Assembly: GCA_051362555.1 (NCBI GenBank)
Contig: CM120641.1
Location: forward strand, 14,260,001 to 14,324,000
Source: Lingula anatina
Taxonomy: Eukaryota > Animalia > Brachiopoda
Length of the DNA stretch: 64,000 nt
Direction of reading: 5' to 3'
Shown piece after piece: positions 51,171-64,000 of the stretch. Numbering within the stretch: position 1 is the first letter of the stretch; every line of letters starts with the position of its first letter. The notes under the pieces are model-generated. The model did not search any database and had not been told where the DNA came from. It was given only the letters and a program-made list of their open reading frames with translations. The position numbers and the translations under genes were made by a program.

Positions 51171-52934
51171 CTTTAATATGACGTAAACAAGAAATGTTCT
51201 TTGTTGTTTTATAATTATTTAAGTTAGCGAAACACCTTGCTTTTGTGGTTTTATCTTCTAAAATATACATCTCATCTGGCATGCTTAATAACATGAATAA
51301 ACCAATCATTTATTCACGTCAAAGTATAAAGTCTGTGACAAATAGTTGTATTTATGTGAAATTGTAGTTTCACCTTTGCGAAAGATAGAGGAAGGCAGTT
51401 AACAACTTTATGCAATTTCTCCCCATATAAGCTTGGCTAACAGTTGGTTTGAAGCGTTGGAATCCATTTTATAAAGGGCTAATTTCACGTATTTTTTTAC
51501 GATTAAGTCGGTTGTTGTCCTTTTTAATAACTCAACTACACAATGCAACATATATGGCATTGATAGGTGCTCTGTATGTCTGGAAATCTCTGAAACTGAA
51601 ATCTGAAGAATCGCGGCACATTATGTATCTTTGAAGTGTTCATACTCATTTTCACTCATTTACGCCTGGTAACAGCGACTTCATGAATATTTGTTATGGC
51701 ATTCCCTTTAAAGCACGCATTATATTATTCCAAATCCGATATTTTATCGAAAAATAATTATCTCAGTGTCCGCTAAATGGAATGAAATAAAAAACATTTT
51801 GTATCTATGCCTTGGTTAAGAACAGTCCATGTAACCATTCTTTAATAAAAAATAAAAAAAGAATCAATTTTGCAGATAATTTCATGCATATTCATTAAAA
51901 ATGTTGACAGCCTTCATCACTGCCAATAAAACTTAAGCAATTGATTTCCAAGTTCACATATTAAAAGTTTCTGTAGAACGTTGCACAGTTGTACCGATGA
52001 CAAAAGTGAGATTAAAAAATGACAAAGTAGCAGTAACCCACCTCTTTTTCTGTCATTTGCTCACAATCAAGGAAGGGCAAAATACCGATAGCTTAAATAT
52101 ATCAACAATATACGTTAAAAGAAACAATGTCTACACAAAATAAAATAGTTATCAAATGGTCTCATTTACCTTGCTTTTACGTAGTGCGTCGAAAAACGTC
52201 GATCTCAAGATTCCAACACACGTTCAAACTGCACTCGATCTTAACCGTGGTGTTGTCGTGTCTGAGGCTTGACTGCGATTCACTCTCGTTCCCTGGCGGA
52301 CCTCCATAAAATATCCATAATATCAAAGTTCAACCAATTCAATTAGTAGTTATTTGATTTTATGCCACTTGTCCTCCAATAAGATTTAATTTGGATGCAT
52401 AATAAAAGTAGAAAATTGGTTTACACGGGACATCCTTCGATCTACATAATTACACATCAATGCAAGCGGTGGTAAAATGGAATTTTCAGCATGGCTTGGT
52501 GATAAAAAACAGAGCATGTCATGTAATGCGAACTTGCGCATGAGCCCACACCCGCTCTTCACAACTGATTTACTTGGCGAATATATGTGTAGGTTTTATA
52601 AATATATTCTAAAAGTTCCAGACTGAACTTTTAATGTGTTATTCATTCTATGTTAAGAAGTTGAGAAAAAAATTCCTTAAAATTGTTTGTGCAAATGTAA
52701 TGTTAAAATGACGCAATCCCTTCAAGGGACACCTTACTTGAGTCATTTTTGCATGCCTTTTTAAGAAAATTTGTGTGTGATCTTTATTATTTATTTGTTT
52801 ATTTTTATTTTTATACAAAATTCCCACTTATATGCACTATGGAAATCTAGGAAGTTTTGCAATTCTTTTTATTTTTTATTTATTTATTCATTTATTTTTT
52901 CGAGGGGGGCGTTCCAACACACCGTGTACGTATT

Positions 52935-52970
<36 letters not shown>

Positions 52971-52983
52971 AAGAGAGAGAGAG
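52935..52983. repeat. (GA)n microsatellite
   Basis: GA repeat with two GAAA interruptions. Similar (CT)n tracts occur at ~23414-23443, 47776-47801 and 63888-63913. Confidence 0.9.
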
Positions 52984-54347
52984 CTTTCAAATTGTCATAG
53001 GTTGAGCAAATATCCTCAATTTTTGATTTCACACAAACACATACCACACAGTGCGCCAGATGAAATGCAGTGTTGGAATGATTTGATATGTATTGCAGTA
53101 GGTGAGAATTTTTTCCAGCTCGCTCTATCGATCTTTCTCCTTCACTTTTTTTACTTTTGTTATTGGTTAATACTCTCCAATTATCGAACACTACCGTCTC
53201 TTCCCACCAAAAGAAAGTATACCGATTTGTTTAAATGCTTCAAATTTAACTTTTACTATAAAACAGTTTTTACGAAAATACTTTTTGGTTTTAGCCATTT
53301 CAAATGTCAAGTTTGATTAAATGCAATCCAATGTATCCAGCCATTTTTTATTTATTTTATTTATTTATTTATTTTATTTATCTATTTTAATTTATTTTAT
53401 TTTATTTATTTACTTTTTTTGCTCTGATTACAGGAGCATGGCAAAAATCTAAGCAATTGGAAGGAAGTTTCGTCTCAAAACTTTTTCAATAAAGTGTATT
53501 TGTAAAAGGAGACCATCGCTTGACTTTGAAATGAAAAACAGGTTGATGACTAATGTCAGTTCATCCTACTTAACACATGAGTATAGGTTTGAAGTAGGAA
53601 TTGAATCGAAAAATCTTTACATATTCATGTACTAGTAGTGGAGTTTTTGGAGCATCTTCTGTCTCCTGTTTAATACATCGTTTATGCACATGTAGAATTA
53701 CAGAATCTAGTTTACGAATACATTTTATTCCAGAGAGAGCAAAACTACATTCAGAAAAACGCTCATCGGGTAAACTTCTTATTGTTATACATTAGATGTA
53801 ACAACTTCAGTTTTACTTTTCATAATTTTGATTGTGAAACATGCAAGTCAAATTTGAGTCTAACCGTCAAATATTACGGCCATTGTCGGCAGTTATGATC
53901 CCTTATAGAAAACAAACGACCCGAACACGTCAATAAAGTAAACACATCGAACCGTGCAGCCTAGTTCTATTATATTGTGTTCTTTTGTGTAAGTTTACCA
54001 ACTGCACACACATAGACTGGGTCTAAGCCAGGCACACACCCAACAGTATACACACGTCAAATTCTCGACCTAAATTCTCGTCCCTACAGGTTGAATCAGT
54101 AACGGATATTCGCAGCTGGTAAAGTATACCTTATATTTAATTTGAAATTCTAGGGAAAAGATCTAAATATCACAGCATACATGCAGAATTTAAAAGGGGG
54201 GGATAAGGCATTGATCTTGCTGGACTTGTCGAAAGAGGTGTATGTATGAACTAGGCGTGGCCTTCTTGTTGTTTTAGTGATTAGGTGTTACGTTGCAGGT
54301 ACCAGTGAACTTCGGGATGCGCGGATGAACACAGCACAGTTGTCATA

Positions 54348-57300
54348 ATGCCAGGGGTAGATGTGATAGATCCGGGACACCCGGCAGAAATAAATACGAA
54401 GACTGTTACGACCGACAACTATGTAACTAACATCACGGTGGGCCAACAAAACGGCGCCCAAGAAACAAGTCCTAATGGACTCCAAAAGAAGGTGTCATTC
54501 GTTGAGGGCCCGGCCAGCGTTATACCTACTAGTGAAAACCCAATAAAAGACTCGGAAAACAACGACGTGTTGTCCCCAGAAGATCATGAGACGTCGCAAC
54601 TGTCAGAGGGGTATGGGAGCACGGGCAGTTACCAGTCATCCCCAGGGTCACAGCCCTCTTTTGGGACAAGTACCAAAACGGAAGAGGAAGCAGACGATAG
54701 TTTGGAGAACGGCAGGCCCGACATTCCAATATTTTCAAGTTCCTTTGATTTTTCAAAAGTTGCCAATATTGACAAGCCGGGGTTATTTAAAGCGACGTCA
54801 GAGCCCCGAGATAGCCCAACGGCGGAGTCTACAGTAATGAAGTCTGAGAGTCACCCTGAGGCTCACCCCGCCAGAGATGCAATACTAAGCGGAGACTTGG
54901 TTCAGCTCAAGGGGATTATGTCGCAGAGGCAGTTTAGTCTAGTGGACAAACAGGGTAACACAGCACTTCACCTCTGCGCCAAGCTCGGGCAGATCAACTT
55001 CTTAAAGTAAGAGCCTTTCCATTTACCCTGTAAATACAGCTCGGTTTACAATGTGGATTTTCAATATGAGAGTATAACTGGATAAATTCATCGGGGACGC
55101 GGGTAAAATTATTATCTGACCACACGGTGCGCAAGTAGTCGGTTACAAAATTATTGTATCGCCCATCCTTTAATTTTGTATACTATTTTAGAAGCCCCCG
55201 ATATCAGATTGTAGATGATATTTGTAAATTAAATAAATCAAACACTTCCATAAGATACTCATAAAAAGTTAAACAAATCAACCAGGGACACATTCTTTTA
55301 TTCGGATTTTTTACTATATCACTTCAATATCTGTTATTGAGAAATACAATTTTAATATACATAGTGTAGAGGAAAGTTATTAAAAAACTTCAGATTCTTC
55401 TTTAAAGCTGGCATAAGCGACTAAAGTCTATTTACTACAACGCAATCACTTTGGCAAACAATACAAACGTTTTCTTTTTTCCATTCTTTCTTGGTAAAAA
55501 ATATTACGTATTAAATTTTACGCGTTATTGAAGTAACCCTGCATGATATTTTAAGTTTTGCAATATTCATTCAATTGAATGAAAATTTTGATTTATACTT
55601 TTTCAGGTGGTTATTGAATAATAGTCACATTCCTCTGGGTGCCAAGAATGAACGAGGAGAAACATGCCTTCATAAAGCAGCTAGGTTTGGACATTTTAAG
55701 ACACTGAAGAACATAATCCAGTACAAGAGAGATCGGCGCTTAGATCTGGTGTGTGACCGGGATGCACTGGGACTCACTGTCCTGCACTTAGCAACAATTA
55801 TTGGTAAGATTTTTTTTTTTTTTTTTTGTTCAAAAGTGCTTGACGCACGACAAATGATCGAAATACTTTTGGTCCAACCTTATAAATTATCTAAAATGTC
55901 GTGGATATCCTATGACTTTTAGTGTTTTGATAAAATACTGGACTGTTAGCATTTTAGTTCGTTATTAATCGCATATTGCCTAAGCTGACCATCATATCAA
56001 CTAACCATACCACGCCCACACAGAAACTTATGTACATTTCACATTTAAGCCACACCTTATTGCGAAACAGAAGGTCTAACGCAAACATCATTATTTAAAT
56101 ACGACCTGTTGTTATTTATTTATTAGGACATGCACCGATGGTCGAGTGGCTTTCAGACAAATTTGGAAGAATGTTGGGTATGATGAAAGCTAATAACGGG
56201 GCCTTGGCTATACACATAGCGGCTGCAAGAGGTGAGTAATATTGCAATTTTGTGTTATAACACGTATATAAGTGTGTGTCTTTGACCCCATTCCCAGAGA
56301 TTAGATCGATCCAACTAGATCGACCTAACTCCCTGGGGGTTCACGCTAAATAGCTGTCAGCCGAGCGGGCACGAAAGTTAATTTTACCCCCTTCCAGCTT
56401 GTAGTAGGCGGGACGGACATTTAAGCCGGATTATCTGACAGTAATCTAGTGAGACTCTCCACAGGAATAGATCGATCTAAAATCTATGGGAATGCGCCCT
56501 TTGTTTATGAACGATATTCTTCTAATTACAAGAGAACTAATCAAAATTTTATCAGAATCCTTTTTCGTTAACCAGGTGATTTGCCCTGCACACAGGCGCT
56601 TGCAAAAATTGGGAAACACGCTGTCAATGCACAGGATAACTTTGGTAAGAGTACCCTCTTGTTGATTAATTAAGTCTTTTGCTTTTGTATTCTATTTTGA
56701 ATGGATGTGTGCATTACAGTCAGAGAATGAGGAGAATATTACAAACCAGTATAAATTAAATAACAACATATGGTTCCTGGTGAATACTAAGATCTGGAAG
56801 CCACTTAACTAAATGCAAAGTAAAACATTCACAGTTGAATTTGGGGGGGAGCCGCAATCACGTTCAAATAAAGTCATGGTAAGACGTAATTTTAATTTTA
56901 AATGATTACTTAACATGTGTTTTGTTGCTCTTATGTAAACCAGGGGCCACACCAATGTATTATGCCGCACAAGAGGGCCATCTGTCCTGCTTGCAACACT
57001 TGGTCAATCACCATGGAGACGTTCGGACACTGACCAAAGCAAAGATGACCCTTCTTCATGCGGCAGCCCAGAGCGGACATATCGAGACAGTCAAATACCT
57101 TGTCCAGAAAATGGGACAGAGGGCGCTGCTGTCTCAGGCACAGGACGGCGCCACGCCCTTTCACTTCGCTGCCGGTAAATATCTTTAAAATTCTCTTAAT
57201 ACGGTTTAAGTATACTTGCTGTTTAAGCCAATGAATGTTTTTTCATGGAAAATCAAAGAAATGAAACTTTTTTTTTACATTTCAAAGTCTGTCTTTTAGG

Positions 57301-60300
57301 GAACCAGCTTTCTTGAGGTGAAATCCCAAACTTGCACTAGAAACTGGACTATAAAACTTTATCAAATAAGTCGGAGAGTGACATGTATGATATTGATATA
57401 AATATTACCACATTACAAGTCTTTTATTCATACTGTAGCCCAGAATCACGTAGAGATTCTCCGTACATTGCTGGCCATGAAGATCCCTCAGCAGGCCGTG
57501 GCCATGTCCAGTGTGTGGCTAGTGGACGTGACCGGAGGGACGCCCGCTCACGACGCAGCAGAACACGGGCATGTGGAGGCCCTGAAAGTACTGATAGACG
57601 CCGGGATCGACATACATATCAAGGACAATGTGAGTAGGTCTATAAATTAAGATAGAAAAAAGAAAAAAGAAAGGTGTTGATAAAGAAAATGAACCCTATT
57701 ACTCATGTTTTAATTTCTATGTGCTTTCTTCTTGTGTATGACTATGTGTCACGGGCGCCTGTATGTGTGCGAGCGGCTATAGAGCTATTGTCCACATATT
57801 TGTACAGGCCAATTAATAAGTGATATAATGTATGCACAAATATTTATTATAAACGCGCGTGTTAGCTGAACATCAAAATTAACTTTTATTTATTGATATC
57901 AATAGGATGGTGACAGTCCCTATATCCTGGCTATACAAAGTAGTAACCCAGAGTGTGGGATGTTCGCCCGTTCATTGACTGGTGGAGTAATATTGGATGA
58001 GAAAGAATTGGAGAAGACCAGAGGTACGATAATACGCTGTGTTAGGTGTGACAGGTTGCGTTTTTGAAAGGTCTCCATGCTTGTTCTTGAAGATTTTGTC
58101 ACACAACGAAAGGTTTCGTCTCAAACATTAACTTTGATTTTTCCCATCATGCATCTTTGTAAAAGGTACATGTATATTGGAAATATAAAATTATCTCGAG
58201 CGCTAAAATTTGTAATTTTACTGTTTCTCTTGATCTTTTGATTTCAGGTTATATAAATGGGAAAGACCCCACAATCTTAGATGTTCATGCAATGTCAAAT
58301 GAGGAAGCCTTGAAGTTCAAGATGAATGCACATGGTTCAGAAGATCATCCAAAACAAAAGCATAAACAAGAAAAGGTATCATTGTCTAAACGATTAAAAG
58401 TTAAATGCATTTTATTTATTTCACCTATATTATTACAACATTATTCTCTGCATAAATTATAAATGTATTAATTGACATACAATTACGTGTTTGGGCACAA
58501 TCACAATAATGTTGGTACTTAGTTCCTAGTTACTTTTTATTACTTCCTTTATCAGTGTATTTTTACTACGGATGAAAAGAGGCAAAACTAGAAACAGACT
58601 GGCGGTATACATTATAATATGACTAATTATTATGACAAGCTAAATAGATGTTTTGGTATAGCCATGTGTATAGTGCAAAACGAGTTACACCAATAAGTAA
58701 ATTTGCAAAAATATAGAAAGCGAAGACATAAATAAGTACGATATCTGTTTCGAATTAAGGTGAATAGATACAGTAATAACTTATACTACTTATTAAGTAT
58801 ACCGCAAATTGAACTGTGGAATACAGGTTAGTACATGTACACAGTGTGAATTACACTAGAAAATTGTCTATAAGAATTGCTCTCTTTATAATCTAGCACA
58901 AGAAACAAAAAGATAAGCACAAGTCAGACAACCACGAGGAAGACCTACCAGACCCAGTGCTGCAGGGGGAGTTTATCTTAAAGGAGCCAGAGCCTGAATA
59001 TCATGCCTCCTTCCTACCGCGGCTGGAAAGAGCCACACCGGGAGTCAGCCCATTTTTATACCTGCAAAAAAATCGTAAGTACCACAGATATACGAGTACT
59101 TAAATATAGTATTGAATTATTATCATATATTATCAATATTATTTGATTAAACATCGTTTTTCTGACTTTCCACTTACCAAATTTATTTCATAATATCTGT
59201 TTCGAAATTTAAATATTAAATTGTATAAAAATATAATTCGAGTTATTTTTTGTTTAATTTCACAACTCAATTCGACTATTTTTGTTTGGAAACCTCTAAA
59301 TTCTGTTTCTGTTACGTTAATACATCGAAAGCTCGTCGATAACTTGCAGGTATATACTAAAGCATTACGGTATGAAAATTGCAGTACATTTTTCTGTCCC
59401 AGGTCCAACACCTATTGCCCTCCCATATCAAAACGAAGATGCACCCGTGCTTACACAGCAGAGAGAATCTGACGACGAATTAGACGTAAGCGATCTAAAC
59501 AGGTAAGAGTTCTTTTTTAGACGCGTCTTTATATTAGTCCTATTATAACTAAGGATCGTATATCCCTTGCCCCGGTCATCTCCATCCCCAGTAAACGATA
59601 TTGAATAATACATGGATAACATGATGGAAATAAATTTCTCTAAAGTATATCAAATAGTGACAATACCAAAAACTCTTGAATTAAAGTTCTCATAGTTGAG
59701 TACTTATTTTTTACCATAATTGCAGTCTAAAAACACCCATGAAGATCATCCAGGAGTCGCAGGGGTTTTCAAGCAGTACTAGAGTGACGACAGTGTCAGC
59801 AACAAACGGACCGTCTCCATCCACTTCACCAACCGGATTACTATCCATTTCTCCAACCGGATCTCCAGACGCGGTGTCTTTTCGGCCAAGTGAATTACAG
59901 ACTGCCGCACTGAGCTCACAGATGACTGGACTTCTACCTGCTGTCAGTGCGTTTCCTTCAACTCAACCTGATAGTCCCAAGTCTGATGTATCGTTAGAAA
60001 TTCGACCACAGAGTGATGCAGCAACTTGCGTCGTTATTTCGTACCCACAAGAGGACAGTGCAGTGCCGAGCGGCGGAACCAACCGACCACGCCCTATTGT
60101 TACGTTTAAGGACAATAATAACGTACCTCTTGGGGTTAATACTTTATCAGCGTCCTCCGCCATAGCATCTCCAGTGACTATGACGGCAGGATCCCCAGGA
60201 CCTACAGTAACCAGAACTGAGTCGAAAGACATAAAACTTTCCACGGTCCCATCTCCTGAAACAGGCGAGACTACATCCACAACTGTGGCAATAACTGAGA

Positions 60301-61767
60301 CTAAGATCGTATCTCCTAAAACCAGTGGGTCTCCTGTATCGACAACTTTGTCTGTAGAATCAACAGAATTGAAGCAACTAAAGACAGCTTCTCCAGATTT
60401 AAAACCACGGCAACTTTCGCTGGCAGTATCAACGGCGGCTACGGAAACACGGACGCGGTCTAAAGGCATTCCTCCACCCGTGTTACCTAAGCCAAAAAGT
60501 CCACGTTCTCCGACGCCAAGCCCGGGTGGGCCGACGAGCCCCCCTACCCCTCCACCCCCTTCTTGGACACCACCTCCACCTCCTTTGGGAATTGCTGTTC
60601 ACCGGGGTGAGTCAAGTTCATCATCTGCAGCAGTGTCTGTCACAACATCAGTCCCGCCACCACCACCACCTCCACCTCCGCCTCCGCCTCCAACAGTGCC
60701 ATTAACTGTAGTCCATCCTCCTGTACCCAGTCACATGGACCCAGCGGAAGAGACCTATCTTAAGACAGCCGTGGAGGAGCTACGGGAAGGCACAGTCAGT
60801 CCCGCGCCATTGTTGGCACCCAATGTCGACCCAGCACGTCCCGAGTCCGTGTCTCCTGCCAGTCGAATAACCCAAGATGCGAAGTCTGTACTGAAACAAA
60901 TACCGAACCGAGATGTAGATGATGTGGATGCAATGAATAGTAGCAGTACACATTTTGACTACAGTGCTTATCAGAGAGCGCTTCTTCGACGTAAAACAGT
61001 TGGGCAGCTGCAACCCGTGAAACCGGTTAGCCTGGTGGCAGATATGAGGAAGAAATTAGAAGAAACTCTTTTCAGAAAAACAAGAGGAAGTGATAATAAC
61101 GTAACCCAACCGCCACCAATAGCAACGCAACAGGTTGCAGTTGTAAATGTGGCCCCAGGTGTCCCTCCTCCGCCGCCACCGCCGCCACCGCCGCCGCCGC
61201 CACCGCCACCGCCACCACCGCCACCGCTGCCACATATGAATTTAGAAGTCTCGAACGACATTCAGTACAATGAAGGTAAGATTTATTTGACATCGTGTTT
61301 TACTTCTTATTAAAAAAGTGTTGGCATTATCTATTCTTCCTTTAAATAATGGGTAGTTTTACAAGTAAAAGGCTCGTATATGCTCTGCACCGTATCTTTT
61401 TACGTCTTGGTTGTGTTCAGTGTTTGAATTAATATTTAGCTCCACTTTTAAATTTTTCAACCGCTTTAAAAGAATACAATTGATTTTTACTCTTTAACCA
61501 AAATAGTTTTGAGGGTTATAATTACATTTCAATATTTCCTCATTTACGGATAACTTTTATAATCTTATTAAAATCACGTCACCAATTATAAGTCATTTTA
61601 TCATTTCTTTGGTTTTTACTCTATAAATTTATTTATTTATTCATTTTTTTTCAGAAGATTTCCGAAACATGCAAATGGCTTTACAAATGCGGATGAACCA
61701 GTCTGCGCAGCATTTGCCGAATTTTCCCATATCTGATACATCCTTTCGTGCCGGCGGATTTTACTAA
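54348..61767 (+). CDS. Espin/forked-type ankyrin-repeat protein with Ser/Thr/Pro-rich, polyproline C-terminal half, 12 coding exons, ~1212 aa
   Basis: Exons: 54348-55006, 55607-55803, 56127-56231, 56576-56644, 56944-57174, 57439-57629, 57906-58023, 58248-58375, 58897-59074, 59403-59502, 59726-61275, 61655-61767. They sum to 3639 nt in a continuous frame ending in TAA. Ankyrin repeats follow espin order and wording: GNTALHLCA, GETCLHKAARFGH, GLTVLHLA, GALAIHIAAARGD, GATPMYYAAQEGHL, MTLLHAAAQSGH, DGATPFHFAA, GGTPAHDAAEHGH. P13 tract at 60654-60692 and P21 tract at 61164-61226. Confidence 0.85.
56284..56499. mobile_element. 216-bp MITE copy 2 (inverted relative to 18135-18349), in espin-like intron 3
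   Basis: Reverse complement of copy 1 along its full length. TTT 3-bp duplication on both sides. Confidence 0.85.
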
Positions 61768-63090
61768 ATAGTTTTTAATTTCTGAACTCATTTTGAAATA
61801 AGTAAGACATTTTGTTACTAAGTTATTCATTAGTATAGGAATACGATAGCAGCCACTGACTTATTTTGCTCGATAATTGATATAACTACTGTCCTCTGGG
61901 GATACATGTACATTGGCATTACTGCTGTCTTACTACATGCACAACTAACACAGTCAAACGCACATGAAAAGTGCTACAATAGCAGGAATATTAGTGGAAA
62001 ACGTGGCATGTTGAATATTACATCGTATGAAATCGGTGCAGAGTCGAGGGGAAACACCTGGTACACTTAATTAAACAAGAGATTCTATAATCAAGAGTTT
62101 ATTATGCTTAGCGAAGCTTGTTATTTAGCAGAAACTATCATGCACTATGTACTGTCAAGCACCAAGTACGTAAAAAATTACAATTGTACATATTGTTAAA
62201 GCGTGTTTAATATCATATTACATCCACCATTTCTGTGAAAACATATAAAAAGAAGTAATTATAAATCTGTTCTATAACCATAAAAACGTCATGAAGCGTG
62301 ACAGTTAGCTCATTATACGCGACTATGAACCGTATGAAAGAACCGTTCAATTCTAAAACAAAAGACTCGCCATACGAGCTCCATGAACCAGTACTAGTCC
62401 AGTGACACTTGAATGTACGCACTTACGGGGACATGCGAGTTGTAATGGACGATTATAAATGGAGATATTTTTAGCAAATATGATGGGTCGACTCTATTGA
62501 ATATGGAAATACTGATCAGACCACAACCAATAGCTATAAGGAGCCTTTCACTAAGCTAAGGCGCAGCGACTGTTAAACGAATTGTGCAAATAGCATTCGG
62601 CATGTTTTATAGATAGACTTCAAAAATACATTATACAGACACTAGAATTATCGACGTTTCTCTCAAGGTTCATTAGATCATTTAAGCGCTTGGCAAATCA
62701 TATCGGCTTTCTAGAAATTTATCACAGGCCGTGATTTAGATGTTGTCAAGACGAAAAACGACTCACGTCAAGCCAGGCAATGAGAAAGTAATTTGTTGCC
62801 GCGTCACAAGGGTGAATTTCGACAAGCTATTGACAGGGAATTCAAACGGGTATTGATCTAAGTTTTCATTAATTCCTGCGTTTCTCTTGGCCGTGTGTAC
62901 AGGCACAGATAAGGCAGCATTACATGCAAGACATTTCCTGCAGCCATAGATTGACATTAGAGCGCGCTCGCTGCGACATGTCGTATTATACATATGCGCT
63001 TTACAGCAGACATAGACGTTTGATTTACGTCATGTTGACGTCCACAACGTGCTCATGCTCAAAGTTAATAACGAGAAACGTTTGCAGATT

Positions 63091-63362
63091 ATGAAAACCC
63101 ATGTCCTTCGCCGGCTGAATATAAGCAACGACGGGTCTACGGGGAAAGACTGGAAGGTTTTTTTATGGGTTTGGGTGTTGACATTTACTTTTGTTTGTGC
63201 TTATATCACACCCGTGGTTTCGGCATTGTGCACGCCTTGCCCCGACACCTGCAAATGTAACGTTACGCCTGGCAGACAGTGTGACATCGACTGTTCTTTC
63301 GCCGGTTTGACCACTCTCTCCTCTGCGCTAGAATTCCCCTCTACCGAGGTCATCTTCAGAAT
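63091..63362 (+). CDS. PKD1: First coding exon of a polycystin-1-like gene (signal peptide + LRR N-terminal cap); gene continues beyond the window
   Basis: Hydrophobic signal VFLWVWVLTFTFVCAYITPVVSA, then CTPCPDTCKCNVTPGRQCDIDCSFAGLTTLSSALEFP. This aligns without gaps to the human PKD1 LRRNT as I recall it (CGPCEPPCLCGPAPGAACRVNCSGRGLRTLGPALRIP). Phase-2 donor AT|GTAAGT. An alternative in-frame ATG lies at 63055. Confidence 0.7.
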
Positions 63363-64000
63363 GTAAGTATCGCTCATTGGGAATAGAACGTTTTTTTTTC
63401 TGTTATATCAACTGTGTAACCTATGGCAGAATTTCTACAAACTCATTATACTCCCTAAACTACTCAGCTACGTATGTTTTATTATAGGCGTAAAATAACA
63501 TACTGCTCTGGAGTTTTTATGCCCCCCCCCCCACCAGCTCAAATACCCCCCTTCCCAGTTCATCTCCCCGCTGTAAATATCAGTTGCAATGATTATTAAC
63601 ATAGTGTTGATATGTAAATATTGTTTTTGCCTGACACTTTTCATCTAAAGTATAGGATTTATGCGTCATGTCGAAGGTCAAGACGTTCGTTGATGTAAAT
63701 ATTCTAATAGTGTGCAGATAAGAAACGTAATTTGTAAAGGTAATTTGTGATAACACTATATTAATCTGTGCCGACAACCATGGCAGCCTTTTTCACACTA
63801 AACTGTTTCTGTTGATATTGTGATATGCGAGTAGGCTTTTCTTCCAATTTCGACATATAGTCCTTAGTTCGCCAGCCTTCATCCTCATTCTCTCTCTCTC
63901 TCTCTCTCTCTCTGAAATACCGCGTTCGTAAAACAGCCATTCATCACAAAACATCTATTTGGACGGAATCAGCGCAGCGCTGTGATATTGAAAATATGCT

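Noticed and set aside
52170-52310. Possible additional coding exon of DRGX
   Set aside because: It has a good minus-strand donor (AAG|GTAAAT), but the ATG-initiated frames stop before it. At most it is a 5'-UTR exon.
52771-53316. 181-aa ORF with RERERE tract
   Set aside because: Artefact of the (GA)n microsatellite and T-rich intergenic DNA, with a TTG start.
59963-61293. Antisense ORFs (168 aa, poly-Gly 96 aa, poly-Ala/Val 73 aa)
   Set aside because: Shadows of the Pro/Ser/Thr-rich sense exon, with no independent splice or homology support.

Overview
AT-rich, intron-rich animal genomic DNA. The repeat types suggest an invertebrate bilaterian, probably a mollusc or other lophotrochozoan (inference). 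Five protein-coding genes can be assembled from splice sites. (1) The 3' end of an unidentified single-pass membrane protein (+, stop 7064). (2) A complete 25-exon CHTF18/Ctf18 clamp-loader subunit (+, 16312-40225, ~939 aa). (3) A complete 6-exon DRGX/Prrxl1 paired-type homeobox + OAR gene (-, 48435-44756, ~414 aa). (4) A complete 12-exon espin/forked-type ankyrin-repeat, polyproline protein (+, 54348-61767, ~1212 aa). (5) The first exon of a polycystin-1 (PKD1)-like gene (+, ~63091-63362). The left 41 kb is CpG-poor and rich in mobile-element material. It holds three Helentron-type non-autonomous elements with internal tandem arrays, two copies of a ~1 kb TWA-TSD DNA transposon carrying a cryptic ORF (one nested in a Helentron-type element), several MITEs and decayed LINEs. 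The right 23 kb is CpG-rich and holds a DRGX/espin-like/PKD1-like trio with a shared sensory theme. No rRNA, tRNA or CRISPR array was recognised. All calls are by eye; no database searches were run.
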